Assembly: GCA_046758745.1 (NCBI GenBank) | Contig: JBHIAV010000011.1 | Span: forward strand, 1-64,000 | DNA from: Gemmatimonadota bacterium | GTDB lineage: Bacteria > Gemmatimonadota > Gemmatimonadetes > Palauibacterales > Palauibacteraceae | Length of the DNA: 64,000 bases | Direction: 5' to 3' | Part shown: piece after piece, positions 39,508-49,136 of the stretch | How positions within the stretch are numbered: position 1 is the stretch's first letter | Layout: each line of letters starts with the position of its first letter | Translations under genes and position numbers: made by a program | The notes under the pieces: model-generated | Databases searched by the model: none | Seen by the model: only the letters and a program-made list of their open reading frames with translations | Told to the model about the DNA's origin: nothing

Positions 39508-40704
39508 TCAGCCCGCTATCGTCCCCAGGATCCACGCGCATCCGAGCGCGGCGTAGATCCCCAGAACGTATCCCGCGACAGCCATGAGGAGCCCGACCGG
39601 GGCCATCGCGGGGTGGTACACCCCCGCGACGACCGGGCACGAGGCGGCGCCGCCCACGTTCGCCATGCTCCCCGTGGCGAAGAAGAAGAGCGGGGCACGC
39701 ACCACACGGGCCACGGAAAGAAGGACAGCGCCATGCACGGCGATCCACACCACCCCGGTGAGCAGAAAGACCGGGGCCGCAAGCACCGCCCTCAGATCCG
39801 CCTGAGCCCCGATAGCCGTGAGTAGTAGGTACAGAGCCGTGTATCCGAGGCGCGAGGCTCCGCGCTCCTCGAGCTTTCGGACCGGGGTGAAGGAGAGGAG
39901 AAGGCCGCCTGTCACGACGATGAGCACGGCCCACGTGGTGTGGCTCAGGATCGTCGGATCTCCCACGTCCGGCAGGACGGCGCCGGCCTGCAGCGCGAGC
40001 AGGGAACCCCCGAACGCGAGCCCCACCAGGCCGACCGCGTCGCGCAGCTCGATCGGGTGCCGATGGGCCGCCAGCTCCGCGAGACGCCGGTTCGTTTCCT
40101 CCAGCGCCTCCGTGCGCGCCTTGGTCCGACGATCATAGCGGGCCTGCCACCCCGAGAGGAACAAGAGCACGCCCATCCAGCCGTACCCCACGACGGTGTC
40201 CACCACGATGATCGGGCCCATGATCGAGTCCGGCGTTCCCACGCTCTCGGCGATCGCCACCATGTTCGCCGTGCCCCCGATCCAGCTCCCCGAGAGCGCG
40301 GCGAGCCCCTTCCACGCCTCGGCAGGCAGGTAGCCCCCGAGCAGGAGGTAGGCGACGGGTCCGCCGACCACGATTCCGACCGTGCCGGTGACCACCATGA
40401 GAAGGGCCGTCGGGCCGAGGCTGAGGACGCCCTTCATGTCTATGCTGACCATCAGGAGAAGGAGCGCGATCGGCAGGAGCCACCGGACCATCCAGTCGTA
40501 CGCCGGCGAAGCGGCGGGGGTGATCCCGAAAGTCGTCGACAGGGTGGGGATGAAGTACGCGTAGATGACGGGCGGTGTCAGCTCGAAGAGCTTCTTCAGC
40601 CGCTCGAGTCCGCTCAGCCAGAAGATGAGCGCGAGGACGGCCGACAGGTAGCCGAACACGACCATGGGGTCCCGGAGGAGCGTGGTCGCGGCCTCCGCGT
40701 TCAC
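39508..40704 (-). CDS. DUF819 family membrane protein
   Basis: About 10 TM; LSGSWIGGTANM, SMANVGGAAS. Confidence 0.85.
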   Translation of the reverse strand: MNAEAATTLLRDPMVVFGYLSAVLALIFWLSGLERLKKLFELTPPVIYAYFIPTLSTTFGITPAASPAYDWMVRWLLPIALLLLMVSIDMKGVLSLGPTALLMVVTGTVGIVVGGPVAYLLLGGYLPAEAWKGLAALSGSWIGGTANMVAIAESVGTPDSIMGPIIVVDTVVGYGWMGVLLFLSGWQARYDRRTKARTEALEETNRRLAELAAHRHPIELRDAVGLVGLAFGGSLLALQAGAVLPDVGDPTILSHTTWAVLIVVTGGLLLSFTPVRKLEERGASRLGYTALYLLLTAIGAQADLRAVLAAPVFLLTGVVWIAVHGAVLLSVARVVRAPLFFFATGSMANVGGAASCPVVAGVYHPAMAPVGLLMAVAGYVLGIYAALGCAWILGTIAG

Positions 40705-40827
40705 TCCTCCCCCTTCGCGAGCGGACCCCGGCGGACGAGACGCGCGACCCCTCCTCTCGGGCGGGCCGGCGTGGCGAGATGACCGGGAAGCTGTGAGCCC
40801 GCACGGGGGACGGGCAAGGCCCGTCGC

Positions 40828-42093
40828 TCACTCGATCACGATGTCGAGCCGGCCGTGGGCGCGGCGCAGGGCCCGCTCGACCTCATCCGGCGTGTCGCCG
40901 CGCGCGAAGAGAAAACCCAGGTAACGGTGCCCCTCCGGCAGCGGGATCAGCTCCTCGTCCGGCGGGATGGTGAGGAGGGCCTCCTCGATCCCCCGCACCA
41001 GACGCGCCGCCTCCAGCCCTCTCACCGCGCGCAGGGTGCCGCGCTTCGGGATCGGAACCATCATCACCCCCGCGGCTCCGGCCTCACGCTCCAGCGTCTC
41101 GATCGGGAGTCCGACGGCGTGGCGAAGGATGAGCTCTTCCAGGGAGCTTCCGTCCGCGAAGCGGAGCACACGGGCGCACAGCCCTCCGATCGAGCGAGGC
41201 GCGACCTCGAGCAGCCACGCCCGGCCTTCGTGGATGCGGAACTCCGCGTGTACCGGGCCCTCCCGGAGGCCGAGCGCCCCCACGGCGGCCTCGGCGCAGG
41301 CCACGACCGCACGCCGCACGCTCTCGCCGAGGCGCGAGGGAGTAAGGAGGATCGTCTCCTCGAAGAAGGGGCCATCCAGCGGGTCGGGCTTGTCGAACAA
41401 CGCCAGGGTGTGGAGCCGCCCGTCGACCAGGAGTCCCTCCAGCGCGACCTCCGCCCCCGGGAGGTAGTCCTCGATGAGGATGAGCCGCTCGACCGACGGG
41501 TCTCCCTCGGAGGAGCTCGCATCTGCGAGGATCCTGCTGATCCTGCGGTGCGCTGCGACGAAGGAGGGAGGATCGTCCGCGCGGATCACTCCGCGGCTCG
41601 CCGACAGATAGACGGGCTTGAGGACGCACGGGTACCGTGTCTCCGCCGCGGCCGGGCCCGGGTCCGAGCCGGTGGAGAAAAGGCGGAAGGCCGGGCCGGG
41701 CACTCCGGCGCGTCGTGCGAGCTCGCGCATCTCGTGCTTGTACAGCGCCGCTCGCACGGCCTCGGGCGGGTTGTGCGGGAGGTTCAGCGCCCGGGCCGCC
41801 CGCGCCGCGAGCACCGCCGCGCTGTCGTCCACCGAGACGACGGCCGCGAGGGGACGTCCCTCGGCCAGTCGGACGATCGCCTCGACGGAAGGCTGGAGCG
41901 ACCGAAAGTCTAGCTCCAGGCTGCACGCAGGCGACAAGTCCGCGAGCGGGAGCCGGTGGTCCGAGCCGACCGCGGCGTCGAGTTCGAGCCGCTCTGCCGC
42001 CTCGAGGAAGGCCTGCGCGCGGTAGGTCGTGCGCGACATCAACAGGAGCACACGCGCTCCGGGCCGATGCTCCACCCTCTCAACGGGTTGCAC
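40828..42093 (-). CDS. ATP-grasp domain protein (L-amino-acid ligase-like); start uncertain
   Basis: KHEMRE, YPCVLKP..LSASRGV, IEDYLPGAEVALEG, GPVHAEFR, LEVAPRSIGG. Confidence 0.85.
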   Translation of the reverse strand: MQPVERVEHRPGARVLLLMSRTTYRAQAFLEAAERLELDAAVGSDHRLPLADLSPACSLELDFRSLQPSVEAIVRLAEGRPLAAVVSVDDSAAVLAARAARALNLPHNPPEAVRAALYKHEMRELARRAGVPGPAFRLFSTGSDPGPAAAETRYPCVLKPVYLSASRGVIRADDPPSFVAAHRRISRILADASSSEGDPSVERLILIEDYLPGAEVALEGLLVDGRLHTLALFDKPDPLDGPFFEETILLTPSRLGESVRRAVVACAEAAVGALGLREGPVHAEFRIHEGRAWLLEVAPRSIGGLCARVLRFADGSSLEELILRHAVGLPIETLEREAGAAGVMMVPIPKRGTLRAVRGLEAARLVRGIEEALLTIPPDEELIPLPEGHRYLGFLFARGDTPDEVERALRRAHGRLDIVIE

Positions 42094-42317
42094 TTTTTTT
42101 CCGCTTCGGTCGCAATGTGCTATCCAGACCCCTGGCACCCCTGTGGCACGGTCGCAACAGGCCACGCCCTCTCGATGGCGCATCTCGCTCTGTCGTGTGG
42201 ACTTGCGAAATGGCCTGGCAATTCCGGAACGCAGGCTCGGCTGTTGCTCTGTCCGGGCGCGCTCCCGCCCGTCGGCCGAGGGCCGGGGGGCGGCGCCGGA
42301 TTTCAGGTGGAGTGATC

Positions 42318-43478
42318 ATGACGACGAGCGAGTCCATATACACCCCGCACCTCGGTCGGACGAGCGAGGTCCATCGCCGCGGCGAGGACGGCTTCGCCCT
42401 GCTCGTGGCCATGCTGACGCTGATCGGGCTCACGGCGCTGGCGACCGCCGGGTTCGTCCTCTCGGACACCGACCACGAGGTCAGCCGGAACTTCATGGCG
42501 ACCGCGTACGCCGACCAGGCGGCGAACGCCGGCCTGTACGACTATCTGGGCAGCCACATCACGGCTACCGACACCCAGACCTACAGCTACGCGATGGGAT
42601 CCGCCACGGTGTTCGGGGAGAAGATGCTCGACCTCGGCGGGAACCAGGTCCTGTACCGCATCACGTCTTCCGGCACGTACGCTCCTTCGGTGGGCGGCGT
42701 GGCCGCCCGCACCATGACCACCACCGCTCTCTTCAACATCGGTTCGGTCACGACCACAAGCGCCATCACGTCGGGCGCCGGCTTCCACAAGAACGGGGGC
42801 GCCGGCACGCTCTCGGGCTTTGATGCGGCTCTCGCGGGAGAGTGTCCGAACGCGCCCGCGCCGGCGGTCGCCGGCCTCTCCACGCCCGAGGGCGGCTTCA
42901 CCCAGAGCGGCAACGGGAACGGCAACGGGAATGGGAACGGCAACGGGAACGGGAACGGACCGCCCGTGTGTACCGGCTGCGAGGGGAATCCGCCGCTCGA
43001 CGCATCCGGAACCGGCATTGGGCAGCTGCAAAAGACCGGAATCGACTGGTCGGGGATCGTGAACGGCGGGGTGATCGAGGCGGACTACTCCATCCCGGCG
43101 GGCGGCTGGCCGAACTTCGCCGGTCTCCCGCCCGAGGAGTGGCCCGTGATCTACGTCAGCAGTCCGAGCTACTCGGTGAACGCCGCCCAGAGCGGCCGCG
43201 GAACGCTCGTGGCGCGGGGGAACCTCAACCTGAACGGCAGCTTCTCGTGGGACGGCATGATCCTGATCGGCGGAAGCATGACCAGCAACGGGAACAATCA
43301 GGTGAAGGGGGCGGTGGTGGCGGGGCTCAACCTGCTCCTCAACGAGACCGTTGCCGACAGCGATATCGGCAACGGACAGAAGACGTTTCAGTACCACTCC
43401 TGCAACCTGTCCCTGGCCACCACGGCCGCGTTCGGCGGCCTCTCCGAGGTCCCCGGGAGCTGGTTCGAGAGCATGTGA
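42318..43478 (+). CDS. PilX-like type IV minor pilin / pilus assembly protein
   Basis: Prepilin-like RRGEDG-FALLVAMLTLIGLTALA leader, ATAYADQAANAGL, Gly/Asn-rich beta-rich C-terminus (GRGTLVARGNLNLNG.FSWDG.ILIGG). Confidence 0.75.
   Translation: MTTSESIYTPHLGRTSEVHRRGEDGFALLVAMLTLIGLTALATAGFVLSDTDHEVSRNFMATAYADQAANAGLYDYLGSHITATDTQTYSYAMGSATVFGEKMLDLGGNQVLYRITSSGTYAPSVGGVAARTMTTTALFNIGSVTTTSAITSGAGFHKNGGAGTLSGFDAALAGECPNAPAPAVAGLSTPEGGFTQSGNGNGNGNGNGNGNGNGPPVCTGCEGNPPLDASGTGIGQLQKTGIDWSGIVNGGVIEADYSIPAGGWPNFAGLPPEEWPVIYVSSPSYSVNAAQSGRGTLVARGNLNLNGSFSWDGMILIGGSMTSNGNNQVKGAVVAGLNLLLNETVADSDIGNGQKTFQYHSCNLSLATTAAFGGLSEVPGSWFESM
42909..42956 (+). repeat. (GN)8 coding hexamer repeat
   Basis: gg[cg]aa[ct] x 8. 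Confidence 0.9.
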
Positions 43479-43583
43479 GGGGGGGCTCCGCCTCGGCTGG
43501 CTGGAGCGGGCAGGTACAGCCGGACGGCGGCGCACCGACCGGCTTCGGCCGAGGCTCCCGGTCTCTGTAGTCGCGGGGGGGCG

Positions 43584-44501
43584 TCAGGCGCGGCGGATGT
43601 CCGCTGCGGCCGGAACCTCTCCCAGCGTCACGGTCCGATTCCGCCCCCCTTGCTTCGCCGCATAGAGGGCCCGGTCAACCGCGACAAGGAGCTCGCGAAC
43701 CTCCTCCATCGATGGCTCGAAGCCCGCCACGCCGGCACTGATGGTGAGGGGCTCCGGAAGATCCTCGCTCTCGCGGGCCACAGCCTGCCGCACCCGCTCG
43801 GCGAAGACGGTCGCGCCGCTCGCCGGCGCCCCGGGAAGAACGGAGAGGAATTCCTCCCCGCCGCTCCGACCGCTGATGTCCATCTGGCGGGTATTTGTCG
43901 CCAGCACCCGGCCCACCAGGCGAAGCGCCTCGTCTCCCGCCTGGTGGCCATGGCGATCGTTGTACGCCTTGAAGCCGTCGATGTCGAACATGACGATCGA
44001 GAGCGTGTAGCCTCGCGCTGCGGCGGCGAAGTGCCGGGTCAGGAAGAAGTCGATCACGCGTCGGTTCGGCAGGCCGGTGAGAGGATCCTCGTACGCCAGA
44101 AGCAGGGCGCGATCGCGCTCCCGGTGCAATGATTCGGCGATGGCGCTGGCGCCCAGGCTGCCGGCGATCAGCACGACTGTGATGGCCCCGGTGATGCGCC
44201 AGTCCACGTCGGCTCCGGCGGTCCAGCTCGGCACGATCTGCAGGAGTATCAGTAGAGCCATGGCCCCGGCGAGCCCGTACGCCCCTCCCGTCCAACCCTT
44301 GTGGTACGCGAGCAGGAATGACGGGACGAGGGCGAGAAGCCACACGAGAGCAGAGATCCGTTGGAGCGACTCGGGCCACAAGCTGGCGAGGGCTGCGACG
44401 GCCAGCGCGAACGCGCTGATGGCGAGGGCTTTGGGAGGCACCCGTCTCTCGAGTCCAGGTAGCTGGGCTTGGGCGCTGGCCTCGAGTCTGTGGGTCGGCA
44501 C
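43584..44501 (-). CDS. Membrane-anchored GGDEF diguanylate cyclase (start uncertain)
   Basis: DPLTGLPNRR, FDIDGFKAYNDRHGHQAGD, RSGGEEF, ALYAAKQGGRN; N-terminal TM helices. Confidence 0.9.
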   Translation of the reverse strand: MPTHRLEASAQAQLPGLERRVPPKALAISAFALAVAALASLWPESLQRISALVWLLALVPSFLLAYHKGWTGGAYGLAGAMALLILLQIVPSWTAGADVDWRITGAITVVLIAGSLGASAIAESLHRERDRALLLAYEDPLTGLPNRRVIDFFLTRHFAAAARGYTLSIVMFDIDGFKAYNDRHGHQAGDEALRLVGRVLATNTRQMDISGRSGGEEFLSVLPGAPASGATVFAERVRQAVARESEDLPEPLTISAGVAGFEPSMEEVRELLVAVDRALYAAKQGGRNRTVTLGEVPAAADIRRA

Positions 44502-44774
44502 GCCAATCCGGTCGGTTTGTTGGCCTCGGACCCGCCCATCGCGGGTGTCGGCCCAAGATAGCTCAAAGTGTCGAAAACACAAGGAGGTGTGCCCTCACCC
44601 ATCCCGATCGGGCGACTTCGGTCCGCCGCGCGCCGGTGCAGCGAGGGCTCGGCGGCTCGGCGGGCGGCCGCGGACGGAACGGCGATGGCTCACCCGTTGC
44701 TCTCCCCGAAGCCACGGGCGATCTTGCAGCGATTCGTTGCCGGGAGGCGAACTCTCTTCGCTGAGGGCGAATGA

Positions 44775-45431
44775 ATGGCCGAACAGGACTGGACGGTGAT
44801 CCGCGTTCAGGGGGATCGGGGTATGCCGTCGATCAACGGCCTACAGTTCCTGAGCTGTCTGGCGGCGGTTCGCGACACGATCGGCGATCGAAGGTGGCAC
44901 TACCGATGGGTGCCCTATGAGATGGGGCGTAGCGTCGACGGGCTCCGAGTCGAGATCCCGTACGACTCGAAGGAACGACACCGGCTCGTTCGGGAGGTGG
45001 AGTTCCGGGTGCCGCCGCCGGATGGACTTCTGGCCGAGCCGGTCCGCTGGACGACCGATCTGGATGGCGTGCAGAGCGCCGAGGAGGTCGAGGATTGCCT
45101 TACGCTCCTGTGGCGGTGGTCCGATTTTCTGGCCGACCTCCGCATCCGCAACCCGCGCGCGTCGGTTCGTTCGTTCACCTTCCTCACATCCGGAGCCTTC
45201 CTGTTCTTCGTCACGGGGGATCGGCGTCACCTCGACCGCGCCCTCGAGAGCAATGCGTTTTCGTCGGTGCCGCCCGTTTCGATGGGACGAGTCGTGGAAC
45301 TGGTTCGCGCGGAGCCGATGCCGTACCGCGTCCCTCCGTCGGATCGCTCCGACGCGGTGAACGGGGCCCGCATCCACCACCTGGCGGCGTGCACGTTCGC
45401 CGCGGCTTTCTATCCGTTCACCACCGTGTAA
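44775..45431 (+). CDS. Hypothetical protein
   Basis: 218-aa ORF with globular-like composition filling the gap between two genes. Confidence 0.6.
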   Translation: MAEQDWTVIRVQGDRGMPSINGLQFLSCLAAVRDTIGDRRWHYRWVPYEMGRSVDGLRVEIPYDSKERHRLVREVEFRVPPPDGLLAEPVRWTTDLDGVQSAEEVEDCLTLLWRWSDFLADLRIRNPRASVRSFTFLTSGAFLFFVTGDRRHLDRALESNAFSSVPPVSMGRVVELVRAEPMPYRVPPSDRSDAVNGARIHHLAACTFAAAFYPFTTV

Positions 45432-45484
45432 GCAGGACTCACCCGAGCCCGAAACCGAACCGCCCGATCGGGGGTTGACCCAGC

Positions 45485-46090
45485 GTGGCAGGCGTTCGAG
45501 ACGGAAACCGAGTGGCCGGCAAGCGGGCCGGACTATCGGCCGTGGCGGTCCTCCTGCTGGCCGTTTCGGTCGCAGCGATCGTCCGCGGTCGACCGAGGGC
45601 GGTCGACGGGGCTTCGGCGGGTGACCGCGGGGGTGCGCCGTGGCTCGAAATCCCGGCTCCCGTCATCCCGTTCGAGACGGTTGAGCGCGACACGAGCTCC
45701 CTGCTCGATTATCGGGGCGGGATCGTCCTCCTCAACTTCTGGGGCACCTGGTGTGCCCCCTGTCTCGTCGAGATCCCGCACCTCATCGCCGTGCAGCGCG
45801 AGCTCGAGGAGCTGGGAGGGACGATCATCGGTCCGGCCGTCGATTCGGGATCGCCGGAGGACGTGCGGCGCTTCGCGGCGAAGCGAGGCATGACGTGGCC
45901 CCTGTGGATGGCGGACTACGAGCAGTCCGTAGGCGTATACGGGGCGGAGGGGTATCCGTTCACTCTGCTCATCGATGCCGGCGGCGTGATCCGCCAGTCG
46001 TACCTCGGTCCGCAAACAAAGGAGACGCTCCTGCAGGACATCCGGAGGCTCGCCGCGGAGAGGCCCGCCCTCCGGGACACCGGTGACTGA
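45485..46090 (+). CDS. TlpA/ResA-like thiol-disulfide oxidoreductase
   Basis: LNFWGTWCAPCLVEIP, YPFTLLID; N-terminal anchor. Confidence 0.9.
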   Translation: MAGVRDGNRVAGKRAGLSAVAVLLLAVSVAAIVRGRPRAVDGASAGDRGGAPWLEIPAPVIPFETVERDTSSLLDYRGGIVLLNFWGTWCAPCLVEIPHLIAVQRELEELGGTIIGPAVDSGSPEDVRRFAAKRGMTWPLWMADYEQSVGVYGAEGYPFTLLIDAGGVIRQSYLGPQTKETLLQDIRRLAAERPALRDTGD

Positions 46091-46110
46091 GGAGTTCGAG
46101 GCTCTCGCCC

Positions 46111-47910
46111 CTAGCTGCCGATCAGCGCCTCGGGCTCGAGCAGCTGGCCGCGATACAGCCGCGCGTACAGCCCGCCGAGGGCCACCAGTTCCGCGTGGGT
46201 TCCGGATTCCACCACGCGCCCGCGGTTGAGCACCAGCACCCGGTCGGCTCGCTGGACCGTGCGCAGCCGGTGCGCGATGATCAACGTCGTCCGGCCCCGC
46301 ATTGCGGCGGAGAAAGCCTCCTCAACGAGCCGCTCGCTCTCGGTGTCGAGGCTGCTCGTCGCCTCGTCCAGGATCAATACCACCGGCGCTTTCAGGAAGA
46401 TGCGAGCGATCGCGATCCGCTGCCGCTGACCGCCGGAGAGCCGTATCCCTCGCTCCCCGACGAGGGTGTCGTATCCGTCGACGAGATCTAGAACGAACTC
46501 GTGCGCGTGTGCGGCCCGCGCGGCCCGCTCGATCTCCTCGCGAGATGCGCCGGGCCGGCCGTACGCGATGTTCTCGGCTATGGTGCCGGCGAACAGGAGC
46601 GGCTCCTGTGGCACGATCCCGATCGCTCCCCGCAGCTCGGCCAGGCGGAGACGCCGCAGGTCAATGCCGTGCAGGGTGATCGACCCCCGCGTCGGATCCC
46701 AAAAGCGCGTTACCAGCGCGGCCAGCGTGGACTTGCCGCCGCCGCTTGGTCCCACGAGAGCTACCACTTCGCCCGGTGCCAAGCGCACGTCCACCGCCTC
46801 GAGCGCCCAGGGTTCCCGAGGACCGTAGCGAAACCACACGCTGTGGAAGGCGATCTCGCCCGGTCCGTCCGCCGGCAGCCGGACCGGCTCCTCCGGGTCC
46901 CGGATATCGGGCGCCCGATCGAGCAGGTCGAACACCCGCCGCGCCGCACCTTGCGCCTCCTGGTAACTGCTCCACAGCGACGCGAGGGCGGTGATGGCGG
47001 CCGCCACCGAAACGGCGTACAGGAGGAAGGACACGAGCTCGCCGGCCGTGATCTGGCCTTCGAGGACGAGGCGGCCGCCGGACCACAGGACGATAGCGAT
47101 CCCGCTGAAGGTCACGAAGCTGATCACACCGAAGAACGTGCCCCGCACGAGCGCCCGGCGAAGGGCCGTTTCGAGCGCGCGCCCGATCCGCTGCGCGTAA
47201 CGCTCGCGCTCCCACGACTCGCGCACGAAGCTCTGCACGATGGGGATCTGCGTGAGGGCCTCTTCGGCGGCGGCGTTCGCCTCGGCGAGCTGATCCTGGA
47301 CCGCCGTGCTCTTGCCCCGCAGGTAGCGTCCGAAGGCGATCCCGCTCAGCACCACGGCCGGCGCCACCATAAGGGTGGTGAGCATCAACTCGGTGTGAAG
47401 GAGGGCGAGGATGGTGAGCGCGCCGAACAGGTACAGGAGCTGCCGGGCGAGCTCGGCGATCTGGTGGCTCATCACAGCCTGCAGCGTCGAGCAGTCGGAG
47501 GCGAGGCGGCTCGTGAGCTCGCCCGAGCTGCGCAGCGTGAAGAAGCCCGGCGACAATGAGAGGAGGTGACCGAACAGCTCGGTTCGAATTCCCGCGATCA
47601 CCTTCTCGCCCACGGCGCCTAGCAGGTACACTTCCAGGAAGTTCAGCGCGCCCTGGATGGCGAAGAGAACCACCAGGCCGATGGCGATGGAGTTGAGGGT
47701 GGAGGCGTCTCTTGTCTCGAACGCCGCGTCCATCAGGTAGCGCACGAGCAGGGGGAAGGCGAGGCCGATCGCTGCGCTCAGGACGAGGAATACGCTCGCG
47801 ATGGCCAGAGATGCCCGGTACGGCCGGAGTCGCGGCGCGAGTCGCTGGATGGCGAAGAGGGAGAAGCGTCCCCTGCCGGTCCAACCCGCGGCCTTCTCCG
47901 GCTCGCCCAC
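46111..47910 (-). CDS. ABC exporter, fused TMD-NBD (MsbA-like)
   Basis: GPSGGGKS, LSGGQRQRIAIAR, ILDEATSSLD, IAHRL. Confidence 0.93.
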   Translation of the reverse strand: MGEPEKAAGWTGRGRFSLFAIQRLAPRLRPYRASLAIASVFLVLSAAIGLAFPLLVRYLMDAAFETRDASTLNSIAIGLVVLFAIQGALNFLEVYLLGAVGEKVIAGIRTELFGHLLSLSPGFFTLRSSGELTSRLASDCSTLQAVMSHQIAELARQLLYLFGALTILALLHTELMLTTLMVAPAVVLSGIAFGRYLRGKSTAVQDQLAEANAAAEEALTQIPIVQSFVRESWERERYAQRIGRALETALRRALVRGTFFGVISFVTFSGIAIVLWSGGRLVLEGQITAGELVSFLLYAVSVAAAITALASLWSSYQEAQGAARRVFDLLDRAPDIRDPEEPVRLPADGPGEIAFHSVWFRYGPREPWALEAVDVRLAPGEVVALVGPSGGGKSTLAALVTRFWDPTRGSITLHGIDLRRLRLAELRGAIGIVPQEPLLFAGTIAENIAYGRPGASREEIERAARAAHAHEFVLDLVDGYDTLVGERGIRLSGGQRQRIAIARIFLKAPVVLILDEATSSLDTESERLVEEAFSAAMRGRTTLIIAHRLRTVQRADRVLVLNRGRVVESGTHAELVALGGLYARLYRGQLLEPEALIGS

Positions 47911-48061
47911 GCCGCCCGCCCGCTCGCTGTCCCCCGTGATCTCTTCGCTCTCTCCGTGGCGTACCCGTAGCGCCGGGCCTATCTTGCCGCCCCCGTCGGT
48001 AACAGTCTAACCCGATAGCTGGTCTCCGCACCATGCTCGGAGCCGTGCACCCGAAGGAGGC

Positions 48062-49117
48062 ATGAGCGCCCAGTTGGAGGAACACTTGGAGCAGCCCGGC
48101 TCCACGGGGTCGAGGTTCGAGTCGGATGAAGGTCAAGACCGGGCCCTGCGGCGCTGGCGCCGTCTGGCCGTGGGCGCCGCCGCCAGCACCTTCGCGCTCA
48201 TCGTGCTTGGGGGCGTCGTGCGGATCACCGGGAGTGGGATGGGGTGCGGAGCCGATTGGCCGTTGTGCAACGGGAAGCTCGTGCCCTCGCCCGATCTTCC
48301 CACCCTGATTGAGTTCGGACACCGCGTTGCGGCCGCGGCCGTGAGCCTCCTGGTGCTCGCGCTGGCCGCGCACGCCTGGCTCCCCGGGCGGGGAGCAACG
48401 TGGCGCGGGCGACGGCGCTTGGCCCTCTGGGCGGTGGGGCTTCTCGCGATTCAGGTGATGCTCGGAGCGGTCGCGGTCCGATGGGAGCTTCCCCCGGCCA
48501 CGGTCGTCCTTCACCTCGGCACGGCGATGCTGTTCCTCGGTCTCCTCGTGGCGGGCAGCTGCTTCGGGCGGTCGGACCGACCCGCGCCGATGCGCGGTTT
48601 CTTCGAAGAGGCTGGAGTTCCCTCTACTGCCACCGCCGCTCCCGATCGAGCAGCCGGCGTCGCCTGGCTGACGGCCGGTCTCGGGCTGCTCGTCGTGCTG
48701 GCCGGAGCGCTCGTGGCGAACCTGGATGCTGCGCGCGCCTGTCAGGGATTTCCCCTGTGCAACGGGGAGTGGTGGCCGGGGGACAACTGGCGGATGCAGC
48801 TTCACTGGGGGCACCGGATGGCGGCGTACGGGCTGGCCGCATGGGCGCTCGCCCTGCCGAGCTTCGTGCGGCGTGTTCGGCCGGGGGACGGCGCCTCGTT
48901 CGGCGCTGCCCGTAGCGCGGCGGGACTCGCGGGGGGACAGATCGCGGTCGGCGCGGCGATGGTTCTCCTCTCCCTTCCCGGCTGGCTCCGTGCTCTGCAC
49001 GTGGCCCTCGGGTCAGCGCTCTTCGCTTCCCTGGTAGCGACGGCCTGGCTCGTCGGCCGCCGAGAGCCCGTGCGCCGGGTCACGCAACGGGCCGAGCCGG
49101 GTCGCGCGGTCGGCTGA
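48062..49117 (+). CDS. ctaA: Heme A synthase (COX15/CtaA)
   Basis: GGVVRITGSGMGCGADWPLCNG, EFGHR, ACQGFPLCNG, HWGHR. Confidence 0.88.
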   Translation: MSAQLEEHLEQPGSTGSRFESDEGQDRALRRWRRLAVGAAASTFALIVLGGVVRITGSGMGCGADWPLCNGKLVPSPDLPTLIEFGHRVAAAAVSLLVLALAAHAWLPGRGATWRGRRRLALWAVGLLAIQVMLGAVAVRWELPPATVVLHLGTAMLFLGLLVAGSCFGRSDRPAPMRGFFEEAGVPSTATAAPDRAAGVAWLTAGLGLLVVLAGALVANLDAARACQGFPLCNGEWWPGDNWRMQLHWGHRMAAYGLAAWALALPSFVRRVRPGDGASFGAARSAAGLAGGQIAVGAAMVLLSLPGWLRALHVALGSALFASLVATAWLVGRREPVRRVTQRAEPGRAVG

Positions 49118-49136
49118 GGAGGTCCGCGCCCCCGAG

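Noticed and set aside
42133-42148. sigma54 promoter for the PilX-like gene (TGGCAC-N5-TGGC)
   Set aside because: -12 element deviates from TTGC and such matches are common in GC-rich DNA
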